Below, piece by piece: positions 16,900-27,863 of a stretch of DNA of 64,000 nucleotides. The notes under the pieces were generated by a model that saw nothing but the letters and a program-made list of their open reading frames with translations, did no database searches and was not told where the DNA came from. How positions within the stretch are numbered: the first letter of the stretch is position 1; each line of letters starts with the position of its first letter. Where the stretch lies: positions 64,001-128,000 of IMG/VR virus record IMGVR_UViG_2595698888_000001. The stretch is one strand, 5' to 3'. The stretch is from a virus (lineage: Duplodnaviria > Heunggongvirae > Uroviricota > Caudoviricetes). The translations under genes and the position numbers were made by a program.

Positions 16900-19608
16900 A
16901 TGGCTAAACAAGTAAAAGGTACTGTTGATGTAGCTAGATATGCCACGTCTCAAGGAAGAAACATTGCACGTTCAGTGAGTGGTTTAGATTTTGATGACAA
17001 TGGCAATCTTTCTATTGATGCATACACCACTGAAGAATTTAACAAAATTATCAGTGTAATACCAATATCGCACTATGGATCATTTAACTACCTACCGGCT
17101 GGCGTATACGGTTCATATGAAGGTGCTAGTGATGTTCCCGCATACCGTTATCGCAAGATATTTGTAGAAGATAATGGTTCTTTAATTATACTACGTTCTG
17201 GTACGAATGGTGCTAAACGTGGCTTATATTATTCTTTCATGGATAATATTCTTACAACATCAAATTTAAATAGTTCTATAAACACAAACCGAGAATATAA
17301 ACCAGGTTATTTTGGAAGCACATATACAGCAAAGATGGCATTTGCAAGTGATGCTCGTGTTTGTGCTGGTCTAGCGTTTAATTCATCAAATGACCAATTT
17401 ATTTTTATATCATGGATGAATAACACACTAAACGATACACAGCATGTCGGGTCTATTGTACCAGCGGCAACATTATTACCGAACAATGGTTCAGTAAGAT
17501 TTGTAATGACTGGTAATACAGAAATATACTTCTTCGTAGAAGTGAGTGATGGGAATAATCTTATTTTAGAACTACGTTCTGTTCCTATTTCACAAATTCG
17601 TACATCAGCGACCACATTAACTGTAACAGAATATGCCAACTGGACAACAAATGGATTTTATGGTAAATCGATTTCTAACAGAAATATAGTACTTAACGAA
17701 ACTAAAGTTAGTAAAAATGCATCTGAGCAACCTTACATGTTAATTCCACAAGATGCAATTGGATATGAACCATATATGACAGGAGTTGATATATACGCTG
17801 CACAGAATTCTGCTGGACAAATTCGTCTTCGCGTTGTTGGTGATGCATGGTGCACCACAAGTTTCAGAAGTATACGCCCTAAACATAATTACAGCTTTTT
17901 GTTGAACCCTAGTACTAAAGTTGCAACCTTAGAAGCAGGAAATAATGCACCATTAACTATCACTGATCCCGGTTCTGGCACGTCATTAAACGTTGCTGGT
18001 CAAACTTATACAACTGATCCAGTACTTACTTTTAACGGTCAACGTTCAAACCAAATAATGGGTTATTTCTATTTTGACGATGGTGATATTATTGCAATTG
18101 CTACTGAAAACATCGGAAGTGCAGCTACTAAAATTATACGTGCACACTATCCTAACGCAACATCAGTGTTTAACACACTACAGGTTCGAAATTATATAAG
18201 TACTAATTTTGCGTATGGTGCAATGAATACTGCATTTGGTGCACCAGTTGGTTCTGAAGTTCTTAGCTTTGAATGGCTACCAAATAACCGTTATAAAGTT
18301 GGGTCTACGATTGCAGCAAGTACCTACCGACAATCGGTAAACCAATATAAACCAAATCCAACATATACATTTGGTTCTGTTTCATTAGGTACGATCAATG
18401 GATTTGAACCAACAGCAAACAGATATATTACAAATTCTACACTAGATTATAAACTTTTCATTAATACAATTAATGGAACTACTGTTACTACTAATGGTGG
18501 AATTTTCGTCGAAAATGAAAAATTATCATCAGCATTATCGTATAATGAAGATATGGTTGGTTCAGGTAATATGAGCATTAATAATACCTTGTTGACTAAT
18601 TTAAAAAATCAACAATTAGCAAATGCAACACTATCAGTAGATACAACTAATACATCGTGTATAACATTATTCGTTCCACAACAAACTAACTGTCCAGCGT
18701 TTGCACTAATAAGTGCTGTTACACCATCTAGACAGAATTATCTTAAAATTATCGAAGTTAATGTGAATACAAGAACTGGTGTTATAAGTACATTAACTTT
18801 TAAAAGATTAGTATATGAAGACTCTGGAAACTTTGGTTCAATTTCATATCCAGGCACATATGGAATTTCTTCTGCTGCGGTAGGGATAACAATATATGAT
18901 GCTGGAACTTTTTATGTTATTGGTGGGGTTGACCCATATATGTACAGAACTGTTGGCGATACAAATAGTATCACATGGAGAGCTAAAGTAACTAAAAGTA
19001 CTGGTCAAATGGATGATTTTGTTGTCGCGAGTACATATCAGGCACATACACCAAATGATGGTCAATTACCAACTGCTGTTCCCGGCGTAGGTTTTGGTTA
19101 TATTGATTTTTTCCGAAATAGAGAAGATGACCGTGTTCGTATTATTTTTCAGCCTGTAGGTACAACATTAGCTCAATATAATTCATGGACTCCTAATGGG
19201 AACCCTATTTTATTAGCTTCACAAGATGTTGCACAAGGTTTTATTATATACTTCACTGAAAACACATCAGTACTACTATCTGGAAAGTCATTTACGATGC
19301 CAATTCAAAATATTGATTTGCGAACAGTAAAAGCTAATCCTGCAAATAGTACATTCCACATTTACGTTACAATGGAAGAAGGGTTGGCTAAGTATATGGC
19401 AACAGAAACTGTAATTGCTGAAACTGGAACGACTGCATATAATACATTCTGGATAGGTACGGTTACTACTAATGCTAACCAAATTTCGTCAATAAACGTT
19501 CTTAAACGTAGTCGTTTAGATGTATTCGGTGCATCATTAGAAGCAGCAGGTTCTTCATTCCCTGTGAGTTATGGATTACCGTCAGGATCTGGAATTATAA
19601 ACTGGTAA
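16900..19608 (+). CDS. large virion or tail-fibre-like protein, paralog 1 of 3
   Basis: 902 aa, S/T/N/G-rich, late promoter TAAATA at 16860. Shares LRxGTNG and QDVxQGF..PANxTF..GSxxP motifs with the next two ORFs. Confidence 0.65.
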   Translation: MAKQVKGTVDVARYATSQGRNIARSVSGLDFDDNGNLSIDAYTTEEFNKIISVIPISHYGSFNYLPAGVYGSYEGASDVPAYRYRKIFVEDNGSLIILRSGTNGAKRGLYYSFMDNILTTSNLNSSINTNREYKPGYFGSTYTAKMAFASDARVCAGLAFNSSNDQFIFISWMNNTLNDTQHVGSIVPAATLLPNNGSVRFVMTGNTEIYFFVEVSDGNNLILELRSVPISQIRTSATTLTVTEYANWTTNGFYGKSISNRNIVLNETKVSKNASEQPYMLIPQDAIGYEPYMTGVDIYAAQNSAGQIRLRVVGDAWCTTSFRSIRPKHNYSFLLNPSTKVATLEAGNNAPLTITDPGSGTSLNVAGQTYTTDPVLTFNGQRSNQIMGYFYFDDGDIIAIATENIGSAATKIIRAHYPNATSVFNTLQVRNYISTNFAYGAMNTAFGAPVGSEVLSFEWLPNNRYKVGSTIAASTYRQSVNQYKPNPTYTFGSVSLGTINGFEPTANRYITNSTLDYKLFINTINGTTVTTNGGIFVENEKLSSALSYNEDMVGSGNMSINNTLLTNLKNQQLANATLSVDTTNTSCITLFVPQQTNCPAFALISAVTPSRQNYLKIIEVNVNTRTGVISTLTFKRLVYEDSGNFGSISYPGTYGISSAAVGITIYDAGTFYVIGGVDPYMYRTVGDTNSITWRAKVTKSTGQMDDFVVASTYQAHTPNDGQLPTAVPGVGFGYIDFFRNREDDRVRIIFQPVGTTLAQYNSWTPNGNPILLASQDVAQGFIIYFTENTSVLLSGKSFTMPIQNIDLRTVKANPANSTFHIYVTMEEGLAKYMATETVIAETGTTAYNTFWIGTVTTNANQISSINVLKRSRLDVFGASLEAAGSSFPVSYGLPSGSGIINW

Positions 19609-19617
19609 GGAAACCAA

Positions 19618-22356
19618 ATGGCTTATACAATTAAAGGCGATTTAAACGCCACACACATTAAAGTACAAGGTAAAACAGTTGGTGGTGCAATAAGCACCAC
19701 TGACAACGATACCGTATATACTGCAAATGAATCAGGTCATGTTGCGTTGCCAATTCCAACATCATCTGAAATTGATTATATTTTGAACCAGTTCCCACTA
19801 TCACAATACGGTTCAATTAATAATAACGCAGTTGGGGTTGCTGGAACATTCGATGGTGGTAGTACACCTGCATATTATTCAGCAATGCCAGTACTATTAG
19901 AAGAAGATGGGTCATTAGTATATCTAAGACCTGGAACAAATGGCAGTACTATAAACTATTACTATACTTATATTAATAATCCAGTAGTTTCTATGCAGCC
20001 ATATACCACCATAAATCATTATTATAGTGGTTCGTGGAAAAATATTTTATTCACTGCATCTGACACTAAGACTGCACTTCTATATGAAGAAGTTGGTAAT
20101 AATGCGATTCATGTAGTACTAACCAATGGAACGCTAAGGAAATCTGCACACAAAGAAGCAGTTATTGTGAGAACACTTATTCCACATTACATGGTATATG
20201 CATTAGTAATTGGAACATATTACTACATTGTAACCATTGATTCATCAACCTTTATTTTGAATAACCCTACTACACTAAACATTAGTATTAACGACCCACT
20301 TCAATTTGGATTATACCGAATTCCAGTTGCGGAAATTAATGCAGGTTCAGTAGTAACGGTTGAACGAGTTAGTGGTATTTCAGGTAAAACTATGTACGGT
20401 GATGATATTACTTCACAGAATTTTATCAGAATTGCAGATAAATGGGCGAGTGCAGATAACACTTCGGATAAATCTTTTATAAAATATCCATCGGTGATAA
20501 CGAATGTAGTACCAGTAACGTACTCAATTTATGGTAGCGTTCGTGCAATATATGACGGAACTAATTTGCGTATAGGTTTCAGTGAGAACTGTTTTATTTC
20601 AAATAACGTTCTACGTTCAGATACACGGTATGATTTTACTGTAACATTCAATATGAATACTGGTGTTTATACATCCAACTTAACACCAACGCCTGTAATT
20701 AGTACTGGAACAGCCACAAGTCTAATAACTTGGTCAAATCCATATTATGCGAATTCATCCAATTTATGGGGCAGTAATGATAATGAGTATTCTGATGGAA
20801 TGGCAGGAACAATATATATTACAAAAAATGGTATTCAGTACTTTATTCGTGAAAAATATGTACTCAGTGATGTATATCAAGTTTATCGTTCTAAGATCGA
20901 AAACTTTACATCCGTTGCTGATGCATATTCGTATCGTGGACGTACTGTAACATTACAAGAACGATTTGTTGTGAATCAGGATTTCGCATCTCGTGTAGGT
21001 GACCAACTTCTTTCATGTACACCAATTAGTTCAAGCCGAGTTATCTTTAGTGGTACAGGTACATATAATGGCGTATATTATGGCAAGTATGATAAAGGTG
21101 TTGCTGATATTGGAACTACCAGAACTTATACATACAATTCATATACACGTGGAACAATAACTGGATATGCACCACAATCATTCAGAGTTCCGTTAACAGT
21201 GCAAAGTCAAGTATATTCTGGAGTTTCATTATGTGACACATCTGGAAATGTGCAATTTTATGGAACTGCCTTTACTGAAGGTAAAAACCTAACAGTAGGA
21301 TATAAGCTAGATGCTAACACATTAACATTTGATAAAACATTTAGCATACCAAGCTCAGTACTAGTTGGATTGAAGAATTCAATTTTAACAAGTTTAGGTT
21401 TAAGTCCACAGGATTCTAAAATTGGTTTATACTACTGTCCAGACTCAAGTTATTCTAAAAGCGTTGCGACTATAGTAACACACAATGGTGGAAATAATGG
21501 CGGAAACAAGATTATTGCTACAGTTGATACAACTGTCAATACATCACAAATTCTTACTGCTACTGTTAACACGGTAATATATAATACATTTGATGCCGCA
21601 ATTCAAAGTGTTTCTCCATTCGAAATTGATGAAATGAACAGACATGCTGGGTTGTCATGTGTAAAATATAGTGATTTTACATATATTGCATTTTCTAATT
21701 TAGTTGGTTTTACGGTTCCTGGTGACACGAGAGAAGAATCTTATTGTGGTATTGTATCAGGAAGTACTATATCTTCTCTTATTGCTTCAAGATCGTATCA
21801 TGCATCAATAGATCCTGTTGCACGGGAGTACGGGTATATTCCTAATTTTGGATTCGGCTATTTTACATTTTATAATTCGGATAATGGTACTAAGCTTATT
21901 TTCAAACAATGTGGTAATACATTAGCACAGTTTAATGCGAATATGGCGGCTGGTACTGGAACAGATACTGTAATTTTGGCACAAGATGTTCCTCAAGGAT
22001 TTTACTTGTACTTCACTGAAGTAACTCCATTATTCATGGCTGGGCAGTACTTCGATGTTCCAATTTCAGTGATTAAACTAGATGATGTGGTTACCAATCC
22101 AAGTAACAAAACGTTCTACATTTACATTCAGTTAGTATTAGGTTCACCACAATATGTGGCAAGTTTATCTGAAATTCCAGAAAGCAATACCACTATGTTC
22201 TTGGGAACTATTACAACTGATGGTACTAAGGTTGCAACATTAAATATTAAGAAGGTTTCACGTTTCGACGTATACAGACCAAGCTTAACTCAGATTGGTT
22301 CGGCATTCCCTGTCAGTTCAGGAAATCCGGCACAGTCTGGTTCAATCGGATGGTAA
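19618..22356 (+). CDS. large virion or tail-fibre-like protein, paralog 2 of 3
   Basis: 912 aa, same conserved N- and C-terminal blocks, ends in W. Confidence 0.65.
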   Translation: MAYTIKGDLNATHIKVQGKTVGGAISTTDNDTVYTANESGHVALPIPTSSEIDYILNQFPLSQYGSINNNAVGVAGTFDGGSTPAYYSAMPVLLEEDGSLVYLRPGTNGSTINYYYTYINNPVVSMQPYTTINHYYSGSWKNILFTASDTKTALLYEEVGNNAIHVVLTNGTLRKSAHKEAVIVRTLIPHYMVYALVIGTYYYIVTIDSSTFILNNPTTLNISINDPLQFGLYRIPVAEINAGSVVTVERVSGISGKTMYGDDITSQNFIRIADKWASADNTSDKSFIKYPSVITNVVPVTYSIYGSVRAIYDGTNLRIGFSENCFISNNVLRSDTRYDFTVTFNMNTGVYTSNLTPTPVISTGTATSLITWSNPYYANSSNLWGSNDNEYSDGMAGTIYITKNGIQYFIREKYVLSDVYQVYRSKIENFTSVADAYSYRGRTVTLQERFVVNQDFASRVGDQLLSCTPISSSRVIFSGTGTYNGVYYGKYDKGVADIGTTRTYTYNSYTRGTITGYAPQSFRVPLTVQSQVYSGVSLCDTSGNVQFYGTAFTEGKNLTVGYKLDANTLTFDKTFSIPSSVLVGLKNSILTSLGLSPQDSKIGLYYCPDSSYSKSVATIVTHNGGNNGGNKIIATVDTTVNTSQILTATVNTVIYNTFDAAIQSVSPFEIDEMNRHAGLSCVKYSDFTYIAFSNLVGFTVPGDTREESYCGIVSGSTISSLIASRSYHASIDPVAREYGYIPNFGFGYFTFYNSDNGTKLIFKQCGNTLAQFNANMAAGTGTDTVILAQDVPQGFYLYFTEVTPLFMAGQYFDVPISVIKLDDVVTNPSNKTFYIYIQLVLGSPQYVASLSEIPESNTTMFLGTITTDGTKVATLNIKKVSRFDVYRPSLTQIGSAFPVSSGNPAQSGSIGW

Positions 22357-22367
22357 AAGGAATTTAA

Positions 22368-25118
22368 ATGTCTAAAAAAATTATTGGTGATATGAGCGTT
22401 CAGCGTAACGCTCAGTCAAATGGTAGAAACACAATCCGTGATATTAACAATATTACTGCTGATGTGAATGGTAATGTTAATCTACCATATTATGACAAAG
22501 AATATATCAATAAGATAACATCAGTTTTGCCAATTTCACGTATTGGTACTATGGATTATCTACCAATGAGTATTAATGGCTCCTTTGAAGGAGCCACTAC
22601 TTATTATACTGAAAGGCTTATTCTACCTGTTATGGTAGAAAATAATGGTACTTTAGTGTACCTTAGACCTGGAACAAATGGAAGTACTGATGGTTATTAT
22701 TATTGTTATGTAAATGATATTAGAAATGCAGTTGACTTAACTCCCGTTTTATCAAACGAAAAGTATATTCCAACTACATTTACTGCTAATCATAAATTAC
22801 ATGAATTTATTGGTTCTAAAGCAAATGAAGTATTGTTTATGAAAACAAATAACGGAACTACCGATACTTATACAATTGGTCTTACAAATGGAACTCTTAA
22901 TAGTGTTTCACATCAATATGTTGAGTTTCCTCGTTCTAATATGGGAAGTACTGATCCTCAATATGCACATATTGTGGGAAATTTTGTATATATATGGTGT
23001 ATTGATTCTTACGATTCAACCGCTGCTTTTGATATTTCACTATATACAATAAGTGTTGCTAATATTCGTTCTGGTGCAAGCAACTCACTAACAAAAGTGA
23101 CTGGAATTTCTGGTAAGACCATTTATGATGATGCAGTTGCAGGTTCTATCAGAATTGCACAAAAATATGTAAGTACTGCAACCTCCGATAAACCATTTGT
23201 TATTCAGGATGCAGGAGCAAACACTGCTGTGTATCAGTTGAATAATCATGGTGTTATACAGGCAGCAGCAAATAATACTAATACAGGAATTCGAGTAGCG
23301 TTATTTCATCCATTTGCAGTGAATACTTCTTTTTCAAACTCACAGCAATATATGTGGGGTTTAAGTTTCACCTACAATATCAGTGCTAAATCATATATTT
23401 TTGATAAACCTAATGCGGGTGCTATACAAGTATCTACCGCTGGTAACACGATTGTAGTGAATAATCCTTATAATGTTAGAATGGAAGATATTAATGGGTT
23501 TTCTAGTGATGCACAAGGTAACGTTCCAACGATTTATCAAACTGCTGACGGTAAGTTATTCAGTACTGTGGCACGTTATATATCATCACCACAACACAAA
23601 ATAACTCGTGCATCAATTGATAATTTCTCTGATCAGTATACTACATTGAATTTGACTACACGTTCTCTTTCTGGTATAACAATAAAATATGTTGATGCAG
23701 TTTATGGTTCTGCTGTTGGTGAAAACTTAATCAATCCAACTGTATTATCTAAAACACGAGTACTTCTGAACTGTAGCGGTACTGAAAATGGTTTACCACT
23801 ATCGTTCGATACGAAGATTTATACTGATATTGGAACATCCACGACATATCCTTATAAGTCGGTTATTACTGGCAACACGATAAATGGTTATGCACCGAAT
23901 GTAAATAGACACAAAATAGATAATACTGATTTTAGATATTGTGGGTTAATCACATTAGTTGATACTGATGGCTCCATTAAAACTTATGGTTCTACATTCT
24001 TGGAAGGTCTTTCTAAACCAGCCAATGGATTAATGAATCCAAATGATTTTACGTTCAATGGAGTATATACCTTAGAAAATCAATCACTATTAACTGATTT
24101 GAAAAATAGTATATTAAGTTCAGTAACGCATCCAGGAAATATTACTGAAAGCCTTATTGTTTTGTACTATATTCCTAGTACTGAAAATGCTGCATTTGGT
24201 AAAAGTATTGCGGTCACATCAATAAAAACTGATGCACCCGATGTGTCAGGATATAATGGATTTGTAATTGTTAGTCAAGTGACAAGTACTGCAACAGGTT
24301 TTACCATCAACAGTTTATCGGCAAGTAATAGTGTTATACATCCAGCGTCATGGAATGTGTTAAAATTAGATTACACATATATTTCAAGAATGACCGGATT
24401 AGTAATTGCGAAATATTCAGAATTTTCATATATTGGTATTCCTGCTTTAGTTAACATGAGCACTCCAGCAAATGCATCATTCAGATCTATAATTGGTAAA
24501 CTAGATTCAACAAATAATATAGTTTCAAGTAGTGTCTTTACATCACAATATGTTAGTGCTGCTCAGAATACATTTGAAGTTGGTGTATTACCTGATGTTG
24601 GTTTTGGTGTATTCGAAAATGGAAACATTACCGATTATCAAACAAAACTAGTGTTCAAAAATCACGGAACATCTGAAGCTAACTTAGACGCATTGATTGC
24701 AGACGTAACGGCTGCTCCAGTAAGTAGGATTGTAGTTACATCACAGGATGTTGCTCAAGGATTTATCGTTTATTTTGCACAAGTTATACCTATTTTCATG
24801 AATGGTCGTTATTTTGAAATGCAGCCAACATCAATAGACTTAACTACAATTGACCCGTCTCCAGCTAATAAAACATTCTATGTTTATATAACGATTGTAG
24901 AAGGTGAGGCAGAATATCAAATAAGCAGTACGTTACTCAGTGAAGAATTGTACCGGGTATATATAGGAACGATTGAGACTGGAAATTTGGCGATCACTTC
25001 GATAAGTACTGAGAAAGTTACTAGATTCTTAACTTACAGAACAAGTACAACTAAACGTGGTTCAGCAATCCCTTCGAGTACTGGCGTACCGTCTGGAACT
25101 GGCACACGGTGGAACTAA
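22368..25118 (+). CDS. large virion or tail-fibre-like protein, paralog 3 of 3
   Basis: 916 aa, same conserved blocks, followed by a terminator. Confidence 0.65.
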   Translation: MSKKIIGDMSVQRNAQSNGRNTIRDINNITADVNGNVNLPYYDKEYINKITSVLPISRIGTMDYLPMSINGSFEGATTYYTERLILPVMVENNGTLVYLRPGTNGSTDGYYYCYVNDIRNAVDLTPVLSNEKYIPTTFTANHKLHEFIGSKANEVLFMKTNNGTTDTYTIGLTNGTLNSVSHQYVEFPRSNMGSTDPQYAHIVGNFVYIWCIDSYDSTAAFDISLYTISVANIRSGASNSLTKVTGISGKTIYDDAVAGSIRIAQKYVSTATSDKPFVIQDAGANTAVYQLNNHGVIQAAANNTNTGIRVALFHPFAVNTSFSNSQQYMWGLSFTYNISAKSYIFDKPNAGAIQVSTAGNTIVVNNPYNVRMEDINGFSSDAQGNVPTIYQTADGKLFSTVARYISSPQHKITRASIDNFSDQYTTLNLTTRSLSGITIKYVDAVYGSAVGENLINPTVLSKTRVLLNCSGTENGLPLSFDTKIYTDIGTSTTYPYKSVITGNTINGYAPNVNRHKIDNTDFRYCGLITLVDTDGSIKTYGSTFLEGLSKPANGLMNPNDFTFNGVYTLENQSLLTDLKNSILSSVTHPGNITESLIVLYYIPSTENAAFGKSIAVTSIKTDAPDVSGYNGFVIVSQVTSTATGFTINSLSASNSVIHPASWNVLKLDYTYISRMTGLVIAKYSEFSYIGIPALVNMSTPANASFRSIIGKLDSTNNIVSSSVFTSQYVSAAQNTFEVGVLPDVGFGVFENGNITDYQTKLVFKNHGTSEANLDALIADVTAAPVSRIVVTSQDVAQGFIVYFAQVIPIFMNGRYFEMQPTSIDLTTIDPSPANKTFYVYITIVEGEAEYQISSTLLSEELYRVYIGTIETGNLAITSISTEKVTRFLTYRTSTTKRGSAIPSSTGVPSGTGTRWN

Positions 25119-25121
25119 TTT

Positions 25122-25148
25122 AAAGCGGTCACTTGACCGCTTTTTTTA
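25122..25148 (+). terminator. intrinsic terminator ending the three-paralog operon
   Basis: AAAGCGGTC-ACTT-GACCGCTTT followed by a T run. Confidence 0.9.
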
Positions 25149-25202
25149 TTCTTGCTATAATCATGAGGAAGAAAAAAATAAAAAATTAAATTTAAAAATC
25201 CC

Positions 25203-25231
25203 TTGACACGAGGGCTGTTTGCGTGTACTAT
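25203..25231 (+). promoter_or_regulatory. sigma70 promoter
   Basis: TTGACA-17 bp-TACTAT with a TG extension. Confidence 0.85.
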
Positions 25232-25247
25232 AATTAGGAATTAAATT

Positions 25248-25820
25248 ATGGGCTTTCAACCAAAACCAAATAAGAACGATAAAAACACCGTCAATATGCT
25301 TTATGTTAGTGATGCTGCTGAAGAACAAGCGAGAGAAATCGGCTGTCATAAACACATTCTTCTTTTAAGAAAGAGTGCTGGTAAACTTCGTCAATACGTC
25401 GATTGCTTTGTAAACACAAAGTTTCCAACCCAACGACTCATTGAAATCAAATACGAATTCAGTAAATGCCGTCCAGAAGTTCTAGCTATGATGGAATCAA
25501 TGGCTAAAGACCCACGCCGTTTTAATTTTGAAAGTTTAGATACTCATAGAAAAGTCTTTGTTGATACCTTACATGGCACACGGTTTCAGTACTATGATTT
25601 TAGCTCGAACCCAAATATCGTTATTCCTACACTTTATATTAATGGTAGAGAATTTCTATCCAAAATTGAATTACAATGCATCTCATCAGTGATTAACTCA
25701 TTGTCTGTTATGCATGAAAATGAATATAAACTACAAGAAGAATTAAAGGCATTAGAAGAACAAGAAAATGTCTTTAAAATTTATCATAATGAAAAACATT
25801 CTACTAACGAAGGAAATTAA
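25248..25820 (+). CDS. hypothetical protein, LRK-family paralog A
   Basis: LLLRKS...LIEIKYEFSKCRP...MAKDPRRF. Confidence 0.75.
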   Translation: MGFQPKPNKNDKNTVNMLYVSDAAEEQAREIGCHKHILLLRKSAGKLRQYVDCFVNTKFPTQRLIEIKYEFSKCRPEVLAMMESMAKDPRRFNFESLDTHRKVFVDTLHGTRFQYYDFSSNPNIVIPTLYINGREFLSKIELQCISSVINSLSVMHENEYKLQEELKALEEQENVFKIYHNEKHSTNEGN

Positions 25821-26600
25821 ATGAAACTTGGAGATCGCATTAAAGTATATGAGAAAATTGAAACAGCAGAACGCTTCATGCCAATGCTACCTATCTATGC
25901 TCGTATTGATGGTCGTTCATTTAGTAAATTTACAAAAGGTATGGTTAAGCCATATGATAGCACATTAAGTCGTATCATGATGGAAGTGACAAAATATCTT
26001 GTTGAAGAAACTGGTGCATCTATTGGCTATACTCAAAGTGATGAAATTAGTCTTGTGTACTTTCAGAAATCAATGGAAAGCGATGTTTTCTTTAGTGGTA
26101 AAAAACAAAAGATGGTTTCAGTACTTGCAGGTTTAGCAACTGCTAAATTTGTAGAACTTGCACTGAAGTTATACCCTGATGAATGTGCCAAACGTCTTCC
26201 TGTATTTGATTGCCGAGTTTTCCAGGTTCCGTCTAAAGTTGAAGCAGTAAACTGTTTTGTATGGCGTTCACAAGATGCAATTCGTAATAGTATTCAGATG
26301 GCTGGACGTGCAGTATTCTCACATTCTGAATTAGATCGTAAAAATCAGAATCAAATTCTTGATATGCTTATCAACGAGAAAGGCATTAACTGGAATGAAT
26401 ATCCTAAGTTCTTTAAAGAGGGTACATTCTGGCAGAGGCAGAATTATGAAAAAATGGTTGATGGTGTACCAGTAATTCGCTCTAAGGTTGATGAAGTACT
26501 CGTTGGTACGAAGTTTGATGATTTAAGTACTGAAGACAAAGTTAAACTTATTTTTGGGGATGATGATGTTATTCAAAAAGAAAAAAGCGAAACGTCATGA
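25821..26600 (+). CDS. thg1: tRNA(His) guanylyltransferase Thg1-like 3'-5' polymerase
   Basis: RIDGRSFSKFT, YTQSDEISL, FDCRVF, WRSQDAIRNS. Confidence 0.92.
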   Translation: MKLGDRIKVYEKIETAERFMPMLPIYARIDGRSFSKFTKGMVKPYDSTLSRIMMEVTKYLVEETGASIGYTQSDEISLVYFQKSMESDVFFSGKKQKMVSVLAGLATAKFVELALKLYPDECAKRLPVFDCRVFQVPSKVEAVNCFVWRSQDAIRNSIQMAGRAVFSHSELDRKNQNQILDMLINEKGINWNEYPKFFKEGTFWQRQNYEKMVDGVPVIRSKVDEVLVGTKFDDLSTEDKVKLIFGDDDVIQKEKSETS

Positions 26601-27075
26601 CGATGAATCATTTTTGATTGCACATATTCTTCGTGGTTCAGGGAGTGTTAGCTCCCTTTTGCGTTATATTAAAACACATCCAGAATCAGCAGATGCTGCA
26701 CGTAGCGATATTATAAAAATAAAGTACTGGTATTCTAAATGTTCACCAGTCGTTCAAAATATTGTTCATAAGATGGTGACTAAGTTTGAGTTGTTTGATG
26801 TTGAAAATGAAGATTGGCGTGGTCTTTATACTGATGAGTTAACGCAGTACTTTAAAGTTACTGATAAAGAAACACGTTTACATTTCAAGGTGAATAGTGG
26901 CAAGGAAGCAATTGAAATAAAAGGCAACCAAACATTATCAACTAATAATATTGATTGGATTATATTTTTATATGCAACTCGTTCAGTAATCTACATTAAG
27001 AACAACATAGAAGAAATGATTAAGTCACAAGCAAACGAACGAACTAAAAATAATTACATTGAATTATACAAATAA
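26554..27075 (+). CDS. hypothetical protein, LRK-family paralog B (exact start uncertain)
   Basis: HILRGS...IIKIKYWYSKCSP...MVTKFELF. Confidence 0.7.
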   Translation: MGMMMLFKKKKAKRHDDESFLIAHILRGSGSVSSLLRYIKTHPESADAARSDIIKIKYWYSKCSPVVQNIVHKMVTKFELFDVENEDWRGLYTDELTQYFKVTDKETRLHFKVNSGKEAIEIKGNQTLSTNNIDWIIFLYATRSVIYIKNNIEEMIKSQANERTKNNYIELYK

Positions 27076-27377
27076 TGGAATACATTACACCAGTACTGAT
27101 AAATCGCCACAAAGGTGAGTTTGATGTTTACATTGGTCGTGGAACTATATGGGGAAACCCTCATCCAATTGATCCAGGCCAAGGAATTTCAAGACAAATT
27201 TCGATAGAAATGTACAGAGAACACTTGTATAAGTGTTTGGAAGATGGTACTATAACCGTCAAAGACGTATTGAGTCTATCAGGAAAAAGAATCGGTTGTT
27301 CATGTTCACCGTTACCGTGTCATGGCGATGTAATTATAGAGGTGTTTAATTGCATAGTCGAAATGCTTGAGGAATGA
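27075..27377 (+). CDS. DUF4326-family protein
   Basis: DVYIGRGTIWGNP...LSGKRIGCSCSPLPCHGDV. Confidence 0.8.
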   Translation: MEYITPVLINRHKGEFDVYIGRGTIWGNPHPIDPGQGISRQISIEMYREHLYKCLEDGTITVKDVLSLSGKRIGCSCSPLPCHGDVIIEVFNCIVEMLEE

Positions 27378-27383
27378 ATTATA

Positions 27384-27863
27384 ATGAAAAAATCGGATAT
27401 GTTATTTGCACTTCTTCGTAAAAGTAAGGTGCTTAAAGATATTGTAAAAACAACGAATGATCGTAAGTTCTTAATTGAATTGAAGTATCAGTACTGTAAA
27501 TTATCTCCATCACTGCGTAATATGATTCGAGTTATGGCAACCGATATTGATCGTTTTAACTTTACTGGTGATGAAAACTCGGTCGCACAAGTGATGAACA
27601 ATTATTATCCAATTACTGGAAATGAGCGTACTGAAACAGGCAACGGTCATCCAGAACTGATAGACACCATTACTGGCAATCGTTTTAAAATTTTTCGCAA
27701 TACTATTAAATCAAAAGATGTTATTGTTTTCAAAGAAGCAGAACACGAAGCTTTTATTGTTGCATGTGGTTGCTTGATAAGAGCAAAACAACGTGAAGAT
27801 GAAATCATTAAAAAGAATGCAGAAGAACAAAAAAGATTGAATATCTTATCGGAGTTTTTATGA
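27384..27863 (+). CDS. hypothetical protein, LRK-family paralog C
   Basis: ALLRKS...LIELKYQYCKLSP...MATDIDRF. Confidence 0.75.
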   Translation: MKKSDMLFALLRKSKVLKDIVKTTNDRKFLIELKYQYCKLSPSLRNMIRVMATDIDRFNFTGDENSVAQVMNNYYPITGNERTETGNGHPELIDTITGNRFKIFRNTIKSKDVIVFKEAEHEAFIVACGCLIRAKQREDEIIKKNAEEQKRLNILSEFL

